Shown here one piece after another: positions 51,444 to 63,943 of a DNA stretch of 64,000 bases. Numbering within the stretch: position 1 is the stretch's first letter; each line of letters starts with the position of its first letter. This DNA is from Chloropicon primus. Lineage: Eukaryota. The notes beneath the pieces were generated by a model. It was not told where the DNA came from and did not search any database. It was given only the letters and a program-made list of their open reading frames with translations. The stretch is from assembly GCA_023205875.1 (NCBI GenBank), contig CP060758.1, forward strand, positions 310,001 through 374,000. Direction: 5' to 3'. A program made the position numbers and the translations under genes.

Positions 51444-51718
51444 GGAGAGCTCCTCTCGACTCCACCTACCTCAGGTCGTTGATGTCCCGATACATCTCCT
51501 TCTTGTCCGATCCCTCGAAGTTGTCCAAAAGGCTCATCCTGGAGGCATAGAACCTGCTTCACCACGGCACATACGAAACCCAGACAAAACAAAAAACAAA
51601 ACAAAACAAAACAAAACAAACAATCTTTGAGTTAGCCACAGACGAGTGTTGGCGCCAGAAAGAGACCCGGTGGACTAAGAACTTACTCCTTCTCGTCGAC
51701 CGTAACGTTCTTTGACAT
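49250..51718 (-). CDS. TBC1D19-like Rab-GAP TBC domain protein, multi-exon
   Basis: DHYFPFED, YPPCGVIPFRG, FRALYCRYFCKLH, LCQLFECL, AFPWIVQAF, LLLWDRVVGFDSL; upstream exons at 50.6-51.7 kb; ATG 51718 tentative. Confidence 0.8.
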
Positions 51719-52512
51719 GTCCTGAGCCTTAAATTGTGGACCCAACTCTAACACTTTCAATTTCCCATGGATGTCCTTTCCCTCCCAGACTCCCACCCTC
51801 CCGTCTCTTCACCACTGACACCGCCGAGGCTTCGAGGCTTCTCCGAGGTCCCTCCGCTTCTGTCTTGTCCCTCCGGTTCCCGCTCTCTCTAGGATCTTGT
51901 GGGCCAAATTTCGTGTTTCCTTAATCAAACCCAAGACATCTTACATTTCCACCTCGGACACACCTTTCCAAAATTCAAACTGTTTTTGCCTTACCTTGGT
52001 TTTAGATACGGAAATACGACAAGACACGGATCAAAAAGTTCAAACTTGAAGTAGGCGTGGGGGGGGAGAGTTGAGTTGACCTGGTGGTTGTGTTGTGTTG
52101 ACTGTGGTGTTTGCCGCACCAAAGGATTTGTACACAACTCTGCCCATGAAAGAAAGAAAAAGAAAAAGAAAAAACCTTTTCCGATTCGTTGAGGGCGAGG
52201 CGAGGAATAGGGGAAGCGAGGGAGGCACACCAGGAGCGCACAACCTTTGCGCTCATCTCATCGCACAGTCCACACAGGACGGCTGTCAGGATAGGAGAAG
52301 ACGAGAGGAGAGGCGCACAAGAGAACAAGAGGTTATTGCAGGACCCTTGGGACAAAGAAAGGATTTTGCTTGGGTTGGCGTCTAAAGAGGTTGGACACAC
52401 ACTTTGAATTGGAGACACAAAGGAGATGTGTTGAGGTGCAGGACAGAAGAAGAACACGAGAGACACGGACAGACACAAAGAGACGCAGACAGAGACACAG
52501 AGAGAAAGGAAG

Positions 52513-53892
52513 ATGGTCGTCGAACTTGATACGAGTGTGAGCAATGAGTTCACGCTCGCCATGATTAAGCCAGACGCAGTGGCTGCGGGAAAAGCCCGTG
52601 ATATCATGCACGCCATTGAGTCAAACGGGTTTTATATCATAGCGAAGAAGTACATACAGGTAAGCAAGCCCATCGCTCCACCCTAAGCTCGTGGTGAAGC
52701 ACGACGCGCTTTCCCTTTGTTTCCCGAGGCGCCACAGACAGCGGTACTGACCAACCAACTGGTACACCCAACGTGGAAATGCTTGTGCCCCCTTTCGTTG
52801 TTGCAGCTCACGGAAGCCGAGGCGAAGGAGTTTTATGGGGAACACGAAGGAAAGCCCTTCTTCCCCAATTTGATCACCTTCATGACGAGCGGCCCGATCT
52901 ACGCCTTGTGCATGTCAAAGATTGGAGCCATCTCTGCGTGGCGCGCTCTCATGGGTCCAACGAACTCCAAGGAGGCCCGAGAGATCAAACCGACGAGCCT
53001 CCGCGCTTTGTACGGCACAGACAACACGAAGAACGCGTGCCACGGCTCGGACTCGACGAACTCGGCGAGGCGGGAGGTCCTGTTCTATTTCCCGGATATC
53101 TCCTTCCCCCAGCTGGTAGACCAAGGAGACCTTAGAAAGTACATAAAGAAGGAGCTGGAGCCCATCCTGAAGAAAGGGTTGACGGTGCTTTGCAAACACA
53201 AGCCCTCTGCGGGGAAGCTGGAGGCGACCAAGTTCCTGGCGCACTGGCTCTTGGAGAACAATCCAAACAAGGGGAGGATCATCATGGACGGCGAGGACTT
53301 TGACATCGGCGAGGAGGAGGAGGAGGAGGACTTCGAGCTCATTTTTGAGGGCAAGAAGGAGATCGGGGGCGGAGCCGCGGCGGCGGGCAAGCAGCAGCAG
53401 GAGAAGGCCTCGTCAACCGCGGCGGCTAAGGAAGAGGGGGTTGACAAGTACGAGGAGAAGCTGGTGGAGAACGTAGACAGTTTGGAGATGGAGCACGCCG
53501 CTCTGAAAGTCCAGTCGAACTACAGGGCCTTCGTGGCGAGGAAGACGGTGAACGAGAAGAAGCAGGCGAAGCAGGTCATCGTGATCCAGAACCAGGACGT
53601 GGCGGAGGACGAGGAGCAGGCCGAGATCACCGTTGCGGCCACGAAAATCCAGTCCTCCTTCCGCGCCAAGAAGGCCAGGAACCAGGTCAAGGAGATGAAG
53701 GAGGAGTCCGACGCCGCGACCAGGGTCCAGGCCAGCTTTAGGGCGAAGCAGGCGAGGACCAGGGTGAAGGAGCTCAAGGAGGAGACTGAGGCCGCCACCA
53801 AGGTCCAGGCCGGGTTCAGGTCCATGAAGGCCAGGCAGAGAGTCAAGGAAATGAAGGAGGAGAAGAAGGCCGGGGACGAGGCCTCTGCTTGA
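52513..53892 (+). CDS. NDK5/RSP23-like nucleoside diphosphate kinase with Dpy-30 domain and IQ motifs
   Basis: Exon 1 TLAMIKPDAV (52513-52659), intron to 52806; FMTSGP, WRALMGPT, NACHGSDS; Dpy-30-like PILKKGLTVLCKHKP..FLAHWLLENNPNK; four IQ motifs (VQSNYR, IQSSFR, VQASFR, VQAGFR). Confidence 0.88.
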
Positions 53893-54602
53893 GCAAAACC
53901 TCTCACAAAAACAATTATACACAAAACGTTACAATACAAAAATTACAAAAACCAAAAGCAGGCGACGCGTGGATTCCCTTCATGTTCATAACCATAGTCA
54001 ACACAACACACCACAGCCCCGAGCGTTGCGTTCGATGATAATGAAGGGATAGCGGCGTCTTTCGTTCGTTCGTTCGTTCGGGCCCCTTCCTCATTTTTGA
54101 GGGAGGGGGCGCACCGCAAGGTGTTCATCTTTTTGTGGAAGCAACAAGAGCAGCAGTAGAACGCGGTGGTGCCCCCCACTTGGAATGCCCCGATGACACC
54201 TTTGCCACCCGCCACACCACCTCCGCGACGATCGATAGACAATCGTCGATGAGACACCACCTCGCCTCTAGCCCAACCTTGGCCAGAACAGGAAGAGAGA
54301 GAGAGGGAGAGAGGGCGGGGGAGGGGGGGGATGCACGAACAAGGGGGAGAGGGCACGCGAGAATTGGCATCAAAAGCATTGCCCATGCGCATGGCCTGGC
54401 CTTTTCTTGGTGACGTCCCCGACCGAAACCTCTTTTTTCTCGAGTTTTTCTGAGGCCCCTGGCCAATCCGATCTGGGCCAATCACAGCGCTCGCCTCCTC
54501 AGGACCGGATTTCTACACAAGGGGGAAGGGGGGGAACAATCTCCATTTTATCCAAAAGGTTATCGACCCGACGACGACGGGGACAGGGAGTTTAACGCAA
54601 CG

Positions 54603-55727
54603 ATGGCGGCAGTGAGAGTGAGCAAGTGCACGAGAACGAACCCCTTGAGGGCGACGGGGTCTCCCAGAGTCACCATCAGGAGGAACCTCGCCACCAGGGC
54701 CGGGGGAAACGGAACGACCACCGTCGTCGAGGCGAAGAAGGTACGTCCAACCACCGTCCGTCGTCAGAGGGAGGAAGAAGAAGAAGAGGAAGAAAAGAAA
54801 ATAATATCCATCCATGGAAGATTGTTTGCGTCGCGCAAGCCTGGCTGTGGGGATGACACCGCGACCACCCCGATGAGGCTTCCCTTGGTTTTGTATCGTT
54901 TGCGCCCGTGACGTCTCTGACCCCCTCGCTCGCCTCCGCTCCGCTCGAATGGAAACACGCAGGAGAGAAAGCCTTCCCCGCTCACCGGCGGAGGAACCCT
55001 CGATGGGGAGAAGGCCCTCGGAAAGGTAAGACGCCGCAGCTTCCGACGGAGGAATCCTGCGAGAGCGGGGTTGATGGCAGAACCCTGGACTGACTTGACT
55101 TTGGTTTCCTCCGCCATCGGCATCGGCACACCGGCACCACAACCAACGTCACGCTGCGTGCACGTATCGTACACGTATATCACCTAAAAGGACCCTGCGA
55201 GCGCCACCAAGGCGAAGAACATGGGAAGCGACCTCGCCTCCTCGACCTTCTCCGACTCCAGGTGGGTCCAGGGCACTTGGGACCTGACGCAGTTCACGGG
55301 AAGCGACGGGAACACCGACTGGGATGCGGTGATCGACGCTGAGATGGAGAGGAGAAGGATTTTGGAGGAGAACCCAACCCCTTCCTCCCTGAAGGAGAAG
55401 GTTCTCTTCGACACCGCCATTGTCCCGTGGTGGGCTTGGGTCAGGCGCTTCCACCTGCCAGAGGCCGAGAAGATCAACGGCAGGGCAGCCATGGTCGGCT
55501 ACTTCATGGCCTTGGTAATAGACGGACTCACCGGAACAGGGCTTTGGGACCAGCAGAACAGCTTCCTCGGAAAAGTTGCTCTCAATATCGCGGTCATCGG
55601 CATTATGTTCATCGGCAGCACGAAGGATCTCGACAAGTTCAAGGGCCTCTGGAGCGAGGCGACCTTCTACGACGACCAGTGGAACGCGAGCTGGACCGGA
55701 GTTGAGAGGCCTGAAGACGACGAGTGA
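54603..55727 (+). CDS. LIL3: Light-harvesting-like protein LIL3
   Basis: Exons 54603-54740, 54963-55025, 55191-55727; RWVQGTWDL.QF..DWDAVIDAE, PWWAWVRRFHLPEAEKINGRAAMVG. Confidence 0.9.
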
Positions 55728-56198
55728 ATTTTGCGAAACAAGTCTCTCGATGTTTAATACGACCGTAATTTTTGTGAGAAAGGCTTTCTTCTGCCTTGCG
55801 TGTGTCTTTTCGCGAGAACCCATCACCCATCGCCATCGCAAGTCTCCAGTTTCCATTCTATCACACACACGAGTGCACCGGCGAAGAGGGAAGTGGAAGT
55901 GGGATTTGCCTTAAGTAAACCCCAAGACGAGAGGTCCCCTCCCTCTGCCTCCCTCTGCCTCCCTGCCTTACACCCGAATCCACCCCCCCCCCCTGGCTGA
56001 GCCTGAGCCCTGGGCCTGAGCCTTTCTAAACCCCCCTTGTGTGTCTTGCTCTGTGTCGAGGGCGAGGGCGTGTAAAACAGAAAGAGGAGGAGAGGTGTCT
56101 TGTTCATTGTCTCTTGTGGAAGACAGAGACACAGAGGGTTTGAGTATTGTGTGTGTGCTGCCTTGTGCCTTTGGCTTGAGCAATCAAGGCCAGAGACC

Positions 56199-56408
56199 AT
56201 GACCTCACTTGGTAGGATGCCAGGGCTTTGGTGCTGGGCGGTGCTTTGCTTGTGCTGCTTAGCGGCAAGACCCATCGCGGCCTTTTATTTGCCTGGTGTC
56301 GCACCACAGGACTACGAGAGGGTAAGGAAAAGACGCGAGAGAGGACGGCCACAATCCAAGACAAGACACGACGGAAAGGAAAGGAATTTGCTCACTAGCT
56401 TTGGTTCT

Positions 56409-56457
<49 letters not shown>

Positions 56458-58338
56458 ATGCCTTTGGGGGGTGGCTTGCAGGACGACTTGGTGAACATAA
56501 AGGTGAACAAGCTGAGCTCTGTGAAGACGCAGCTGCCTTATGAGTACTACCACCTTCCATTCTGCCGGCCGGAGAAGATCATCAACAGCGCCGAGAACTT
56601 GGGTGAGGTACTGAGGGGTGACCGCATCGAGAACTCTCTTTACCAGATCGAAATGAGAATGGACGAGCAATGCAAGATCTTGTGCCAGGTTCCTATCGAG
56701 GACAAGAAGATGGCCCAGAAGTTCGAGAAGTATATCAAGAACGGTTACAGGGTCAACATGATCTTGGACAACCTTCCGGTCGCAATGGTGAGGTACAAGA
56801 CCGACAACACGAGGACGGTGAAGACGTACGAGAGGGGTTACCCCATAGGCTTCATCGAGAAGTACTCTGAAGGAAAGCACGGAAAGAACGAAGTGGGAGA
56901 GAAGGGGGGGAAGAAGGGAAAGGATGCCGTCTTCATCAACAACCACCTCCGTTTCACGATCCTGTACCACAGGGACGCGGAGACGGACCTGTCCCGTATC
57001 GTCGGGTTCGAAGTGGAGCCCTTTTCCGTGGAGCATAGCTACGACGAGCCTTGGGACCCTTTGCAGACCAAGCTCTTCACGTGCGACCCAGCCAGGGGGA
57101 AGGCCGTGACCCACGACATGGAACCGATGAGAATCTACAAGGGCGCCAACGTGATCTTCACGTACGACGTCGTCTTCAAGCCAAGCCAGATCAAGTGGGC
57201 GTCCCGCTGGGACACGTACTTGCTGATGATGGATGACCAGATCCACTGGTTCTCGATTGTGAACTCCGCGATGATTGTTCTGTTCCTGTCCGCCATGGTG
57301 GCCATGATCATGCTCAGAACGCTGCATCGTGATATCTCGAGATACAACCAGCTGGACAGCAACGAGGACGCCCAGGAGGAGACGGGATGGAAGCTGGTAC
57401 ACGGAGATGTCTTCCGCCCGCCAGCCCAAGCGGGATTGCTGAGCGTGTTTTGCGGAACCGGCGTGCAGCTGCTTGGTATGACGGGGGTTACCATGGTGTT
57501 TGCACTGCTTGGATTCCTCTCCCCAGCAAACCGCGGAGGTCTTTTGACCGCCCTGGTCTTCCTGTACTTCTTCATGGGAATCTTTGCGGGTTACTTTTCG
57601 TCGAGGATGTACTGCAGCATGAACGGTGAGGCGTGGAGGCAGAACACGATCATGACCGCGCTCCTGTTCCCAGGAGTCTCTTTCACTATTTTCTTCATCC
57701 TCAACCTCATCATTTGGGGGGAGAAGTCCTCGGGGGCCGTTCCGTTCGGCACCCTCTTTGCCTTGTTCGTGCTGTGGTTCGGAATCTCCACGCCTTTGGT
57801 CTTCGTCGGAGCCTACTTTGGCTTCAAGAAGCCTCCTTACGAGTACCCTGTGAGGACGATGAAGATTCCCAGGCAGATTCCAGAGCAGGCCTGGTACATG
57901 AACGGTCTCTTCTCCGTTATGGTTGGTGGAATCCTGCCCTTCGGAGCGATCTTCATCGAGCTCTTCTTCATTTTGACGTCAATGTGGCTGCACCAGTTCT
58001 ACTACATCTTTGGGTTCCTCTTCTTGGTGTTTGTCATCCTCTTGATCACGTGCGCTGAGATCGCGATCGTGATGTGCTACTTCCAGCTCTGCTCCGAGGA
58101 CTACCAGTGGTGGTGGCGCTCATTCCTCACCCCTGGATCGTCTGCTGTGTACGTGTTCCTTTACTCTGGGTTCTACTTTTTCAGCAAGCTGGACATCCAA
58201 AGGGCTGCCTCGGGAATGCTGTACTTCGGATACATGTTTGTCGTGTCTTGCGGATTCTTCCTTCTCACGGGAACGATTGGCTTCTACTCTTGTTTCCTGT
58301 TCACGAGGAAAATCTACGGCTCGGTGAAGATCGACTAG
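56199..58338 (+). CDS. Transmembrane 9 superfamily member (EMP70/TM9SF2/4)
   Basis: Signal peptide plus AFYLPGVAP, intron ~56322-56481, ENLGEVLRGDRI, IHWFSI, GWKLVHGDVFRPP, C-terminal KID. Confidence 0.95.
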
Positions 58339-58405
58339 GCCGGCAACAAAACTCGATGTCAGGAGATATAATTATTTACTTACTAATACAAAAAACACCC
58401 ATTTT

Positions 58406-60830
58406 TCACCTCTTCTTTCCTCTCGACCTCGATGCCTTGGGCGAAGGAGCCTTGGAGGCTGGCTTCGAGGACTGTGGCTTGAGCGACAGTTGCGGTGTCC
58501 CCCTCGCATTCTTTCCTATGCACGTGGCATCCACAACTTGCCCGACGGACAGCTCATCCCCCACACTCTTGACGTGGCCCTCCCTCAGCTCGCTGATGTG
58601 AATCCAACCGTCCCCTCCCTCCTCTTGGATCTCAACCACGGCTCCGTATTCCAGAACCTTTGACACTTTCACTTTGTACGACTTGCCCACGGACAAGCTC
58701 GGGCTCGTTCCAGCATATTTCCTGAGCATGGCGACAGCTTTCTTGCAGCTCTCGGGGTCAGTGCCGTAGACGAAAACGGCGTCCTCCTTCTCGTGAAGAG
58801 AAACGATCACGCCAGTCAGGGCCTCGATCTCTTTGATGTGGCTGCCCCCGGGGCCGATCACTTTCCCTCTGCTTCCCGATGGAATTTCAATCTTTTCCAA
58901 GATGCTGCCCTCACTCGAGCCGCTGTCAAGAGAGCACGCTAGGTTCATTTTCTCTGCGATGCCTTCGTTGCATTCCGCCGCGCTCCCGAGAGCATCCACG
59001 AGCGATTCGAATGAGATTGCAGACTTCACGCCGGAGAGCGACGCCGAAGTGACGTCACCGGCACCAGTGGACGTCATCATGACTATTGCGTCCACCAAGC
59101 GCTCCTCGAGATCAACGAGATCCAAAAGGATTGCTGGCTTGGAGTCTTCCTGGTTCAATATCCCGGCCGAGGTTCCCGCAATGTGGTACTTCATTGGCAC
59201 GCCCGCGTTTGCCAAGGATATTGATGAAGCGCACACGTTGGCAGTCGGAAAGGAGCCGTCCATCGAAAGTGCCTGGGATTTCATTTTCACGTAATACGGG
59301 AACGCATTGAATTCCGGTAGGCTGTAAGAGAATGCCCTTTCTGTGAAGAAGCTGCTCTCTTGCCCGTACTGAATGAGGTCGTACTCGAGGGCCCTTATGT
59401 GGTGCCTGGAGTTCCTCATATGAAAGGGGGCAGCAGATATAGCGAGACTGTGGCTGCAGTCCAGAGTTCTCGGCGACTTGGAAGTCGTCACGTTCACCTT
59501 GCTGCTCAACTTCGTTCCGTCCCTTTCCATTGTACACAAACCGTTGCTCCCTTGCTCAAATTGCGTGGGCCGCAACTCCCCGTACCCCCGACCGTCTATC
59601 CTTTTCGACTTTGATACAGTGCTATGAATGATTGCATCTTTCACAGCTTGAGCGAAGGCCTGCTCCACCTCTTCCCTTGTTACGCAGCCTGATCCCGGAA
59701 TTTTTGTGAAGCGACTCCGAAAGGCACCAATCTTTCTGAAGTACTCTACGCACTCCGACTTGAGGTTGCCCAGACCGCGGTTGAGCTCCAAGAGATCGAA
59801 AGTCTTCCCGACCATGAAGTCTTGGTCAGCTAAGAATGCACTCATCTTCTCATCGAGATAATCACGCACGCGCGCAAGGGCTACAAGGTCCTCCCCCTCA
59901 TCGAATTCCTCCAGCGCCTCGCTGCTGTCTCCCGTGATATGCTCCTCGATGCACCTCGCGACGCGCGAGGCCTCCTCGTCTGCAACCTTCAGCGCAGAAA
60001 CGAGAACCTCCATCGATGCCTCGCCGCTTGCATGAAAGTAGACGGGGGCATCGCGCCTCCCCGCGTACAACATATTCAGCGAGGCGCGGGCCATCTGATC
60101 ACCGGTTGGCGACACCACAACTTGCCCGTCCACCACCGCCACGCTGACCGAACCTATCGGGACGCTGCCGCGGAACACCGTGGAAAAGAGGATCAGGCTC
60201 GCAGCATTCACGGACAGGGATCCTATGCTAGCCTCGTTACTTTGCAGTATGTTCAGATCTAGAACCAGAGTGCTCTTGAGGGGGCGCTCAAACTCTTTCT
60301 CAAAAACCTTCCTGAACATCATGGGCAAGGTCTCTATCGGAGTCCCGACCCTTTTCTCCGTGCTGAAGGCCCTGTTCCTCAGAGAGGAGTTGCCATTCAC
60401 CCTGACTTGCATCGTCCCATCTGAGAACGACGAGCAGCTCGCCAGCGCAGCCACGACCTTGGATTCCCCTTGGTTTGCTTTCACGGCCGTGACGGCCTGC
60501 CAGCCCAGGGACTCCCTCTCCAAAGTCAGCTTCGCGTCGCCCACCTCAACCTTCACGACCAAAGTAGACCGTCCATCGAATGAGCACAAGTCAGTCGTAA
60601 TCCGCGTCGAGAACGTAACCGACGGCGGCAAACCCATAAAACCAAACCAAACCTCTCCGACGTCGTTCCTTCCTTACCTGACTCCTGTTGGGAGGATTCG
60701 TGTGCAGGTTTCTCTTCGTCGACAAGGCGTTCCACCATGGGCTGCCGTTCGTGCTTCTACCCAATGACCACAAGCAACCTTGTTGGAACATCCGCAAGGA
60801 TTCCCTCACTCCATTGACCTTCCTCCACAT
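58406..60830 (-). CDS. Divergent polyribonucleotide nucleotidyltransferase (PNPase)-like protein with KH and S1 domains
   Basis: KRIDGRGYGELRP, SISLANAGVPM, KH GKVIGPGGSHIKEIEALTG, S1 YGAVVEI...GWIHISEL; one probable 5' intron ~60551-60677. Confidence 0.8.
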
Positions 60831-61417
60831 CGCCAATCGCCGTCCTTTGGGGTTTCCTCTGCCCGCGATCCGATCACGATCCCCTCCGCGCCATCACCGA
60901 CGACGACGACGACGACGACGACAGGGAGGCGAAGGGAAGTGAAGTGAAGTGAAGCGAAGCGAAGATCTCACTCCTGGGCGAGGAAGCGAAGGACGCCACG
61001 GCGTGACGTGACGTGACGTGTAGGGCAGCATTCGAGTTCGCACGACGAGACGGCGACGGTGCGGTGCCTTGCTCGAGATCGAGATCGACACCACAGAGAG
61101 AGAGAGAGAGAGAGGGAGGGAGGGATCAGATCAGAGGCAGTGGCAGTGGGAGTGGCAGAGTGTGCATGCCAGGGACGAGGTGGTTGAGGCGAGGAGGTGA
61201 AGCATACGGACGAGGACGTGTGAGAGTTGCTGCCGCGAGGGCTTGTGGCAGCGCGTGGACGAGGAAGGTTTCGTCCAAGGGAAAAGAGCAAGGGAGAAGG
61301 CAAGGAGCCGAAGCTTGTGTTGTCTGGAGTGGACAGAGGCCTGGGGGGAGGGGAAAGGGAGTGACGTTTGCGGGAGGAGTGGGTGACGGGAGGCTTTGCT
61401 TGACGCACAAGGACGAG

Positions 61418-62824
61418 ATGGAGACGCTCGTGCTGAAGCTGCACGAGATCGAGGCCGTGAAGTTTGGTAACTTCAAGCTGAAGAGCGGCATATTTTCGCC
61501 CATCTACCTTGATCTCCGCGTGATCGTGTCGTACCCGGACGTGCTGCGCCAGGTGTCCGAGGCCATGTGGAAGGCGGTGGAGGGAAACGCCAAGTTTGAC
61601 GTGACCTGCGGAGTCCCCTACACGGCGCTTCCCATTGCCACGGCCATGGCACTCGACCACGGCTTGAAGATGCTGATGAGGAGGAAGGAGGTGAAGGAAT
61701 ACGGCACGAAGAAAGCCATTGAGGGGCACTTCGAGCCAGGCCAGACTTGCCTCATGGTGGAGGATCTTGTGACGAGCGGGATGTCGGTTCTGGAGACCTT
61801 GGACGCGCTCAACGCCGTGAAGCTGGTGTGCACGGACGTGGTCGTCCTCATCGATCGAGAGCAGGGCGGGAAGGAGAACTTGAAGTCCCACGGCCTGAAC
61901 CTCTACTCGGCGCTGACCATATCGGAGATCCTGAGCATTCTGTCCAAGCACGGGAAGCTCACCGACGAGGTGGTGAAAAGCGTGCATGACTTCATTGCGG
62001 CGAACAAGGTCGTGAAGCCAAAGGTGGAAACCCAGGCTGCTCCGAAGAGGTTGTCCTACGAGGAGAAGGCCGCTCTCGCGAAAAACGAGGCACTGAAGCG
62101 CTTGTACAACACCATGGTCGCAAAAAAGAGCAATCTCTCCGTGGCAATGGACGTGAACTCCACCGAGAAAATGCTGGCCTTGGTCGACGAGATTGGCCCG
62201 CACATCTGCTGCTTGAAGACGCACGTCGACGTTCTCGACGTTTGGAACGACGGGGTCGCGAAGTCTCTGACAGACCTCGCGGAGAAGCACAACTTTCTGA
62301 TCTTCGAGGACAGGAAATTCGCGGACATCGGCAACACGGTCGTCAGCCAGTACTCTGGCGGAGTATACAAGATCTCCGAGTGGTCTGACATTGTTAACGC
62401 CCACATCGTTCCAGGGCCCGGCATCGTGGACGGGCTCAAGCAGGTCGGACTCGGGCAGAACAAGGGCCTTCTGCTCTTGGCAGAGATGAGCTCTGCGGGG
62501 ACTATGGCCAAGGGCTCGTACACTGAGGAGACAGTGAGAGTTGCGGACGAGAACCCGGACTTCGTGATCGGCTTCATCAGCGTGAACCCAAACTCTTGGA
62601 CGAAGAAAAGCAAGGACAGGAGTCTTGTCCACATGACGCCGGGAATAAAGCTGCAGAAGGGAGGCGATGGGCTTGGCCAGCAATACAATGACCCGAAGTC
62701 TGCGATCGCGCGCGGGAGTGACGTGCTTATCGTTGGAAGGGGAGTGTACAAGGCGGAAGACCCGAAGAGCTCTGCGGCGGAGTACCAGAAGGCCGGCTGG
62801 GAGGCTTATCTCTCCGAACTGTAA
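61418..62824 (+). CDS. UMPS: UMP synthase (orotate phosphoribosyltransferase + OMP decarboxylase)
   Basis: FGNFKLKSGIFSPIYLDLR, GVPYTALP, VEDLVTSG, LKTHVD, FEDRKFADIGNTV, GQQY, IVGRG. Confidence 0.97.
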   Translation: METLVLKLHEIEAVKFGNFKLKSGIFSPIYLDLRVIVSYPDVLRQVSEAMWKAVEGNAKFDVTCGVPYTALPIATAMALDHGLKMLMRRKEVKEYGTKKAIEGHFEPGQTCLMVEDLVTSGMSVLETLDALNAVKLVCTDVVVLIDREQGGKENLKSHGLNLYSALTISEILSILSKHGKLTDEVVKSVHDFIAANKVVKPKVETQAAPKRLSYEEKAALAKNEALKRLYNTMVAKKSNLSVAMDVNSTEKMLALVDEIGPHICCLKTHVDVLDVWNDGVAKSLTDLAEKHNFLIFEDRKFADIGNTVVSQYSGGVYKISEWSDIVNAHIVPGPGIVDGLKQVGLGQNKGLLLLAEMSSAGTMAKGSYTEETVRVADENPDFVIGFISVNPNSWTKKSKDRSLVHMTPGIKLQKGGDGLGQQYNDPKSAIARGSDVLIVGRGVYKAEDPKSSAAEYQKAGWEAYLSEL

Positions 62825-62873
62825 ACACAAGCATAGCATGCATTTTCTTGAATTCGTTTAATGAGCTTAGCCC

Positions 62874-63872
62874 TCATGTGGCACCGAAGCGCTCCTTCAC
62901 CCGATTTGTCACAAACCCTGCCAGGTACAAGACCACGGCCCCGAACAGGGCAGGGTACAATATGTACCACCGGCCCAGGACCTGCAATTTAGTGTCGTGG
63001 ACCATCAGAAGCGCTATGGCTCCGCCCGGAGGGTGAACCGCCCCCGTCCACAGCATGCAGACCAACGTTGCCGTCATCGCCGCAGCCTTGGCCATCGTCG
63101 TGTACCCGAACGCTCTCATCGCCAAGTAGCCGCAGGCTGCCCCAGTCACGTGGCCAACGAGGCCGTTCCATACCCGGATGTTCGCCGAGTCTGGCTGCCC
63201 GAATACGAGTATGCTCAGCGTTCCGAAGCTCCCCAGGATGAAGGGGGCCCCGAGCTTGTGAAAGCCCGAGAAGAAACCCCACCCCATCATGAAATCGCAG
63301 ACGGAACACAACGCCACGACACCCGCGAACATTCCCAAGGCCGAAAGAAGGAGGAACTGACCAGACCCCCGCCTTGCCTTCCCGAGGACGAACCTGTCGT
63401 AGATGACCGACACAACCTTCCTCAACCGTTCCAGCGGCCCCATTCCCCTGAATTCCCTAAGAAACGCTTCGTCCCAGTTGACGCTGCCACTGGCATCGGC
63501 ATTGCCCTCGCAGTGCATGAGCTCCTGGAACTCATCCAGAGTCAGGACACCGCAGGACTTGAGACTGTACTTGTGGAACAAAGCCTCGTACCTCCTCAAA
63601 TCCTCTGCCGAAGCCCCTTTCAACAAGTCCCTCTGGGGCGAGATCCCAGCACCCGCCGGCCCGGTGCTCGCTGCCCCTCCCCTGACAACGCCCCTCCTCT
63701 TCCTCCTGCCGAACCAAGGCACTGACACTGCGCGAGGGAAACGCAAGCCTCTGCCTGTCATGATGACCTGTCCAGGCTTGAACAAAACCGAGGTCCTGGA
63801 GCTTGACGAGGGGCGAGAGCTTCGCGACCCGACCGAGTTGTTAGCCCTGAACGACACGCTGCCCCGATTCAT
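62874..63872 (-). CDS. HPP-family membrane protein with transit-like N-terminus and a degenerate EF-hand
   Basis: GSFGTLSILVFG.P, GAVHPPGGAIAL; LFHKYSLKSCGVLTLDEFQELM upstream. Confidence 0.8.
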   Translation of the reverse strand: MNRGSVSFRANNSVGSRSSRPSSSSRTSVLFKPGQVIMTGRGLRFPRAVSVPWFGRRKRRGVVRGGAASTGPAGAGISPQRDLLKGASAEDLRRYEALFHKYSLKSCGVLTLDEFQELMHCEGNADASGSVNWDEAFLREFRGMGPLERLRKVVSVIYDRFVLGKARRGSGQFLLLSALGMFAGVVALCSVCDFMMGWGFFSGFHKLGAPFILGSFGTLSILVFGQPDSANIRVWNGLVGHVTGAACGYLAMRAFGYTTMAKAAAMTATLVCMLWTGAVHPPGGAIALLMVHDTKLQVLGRWYILYPALFGAVVLYLAGFVTNRVKERFGAT

Positions 63873-63912
63873 CGCGTTCGCCGGCGACGGTACCGCCGTC
63901 TTCCTGGCCACG

Positions 63913-63943
<31 letters not shown>

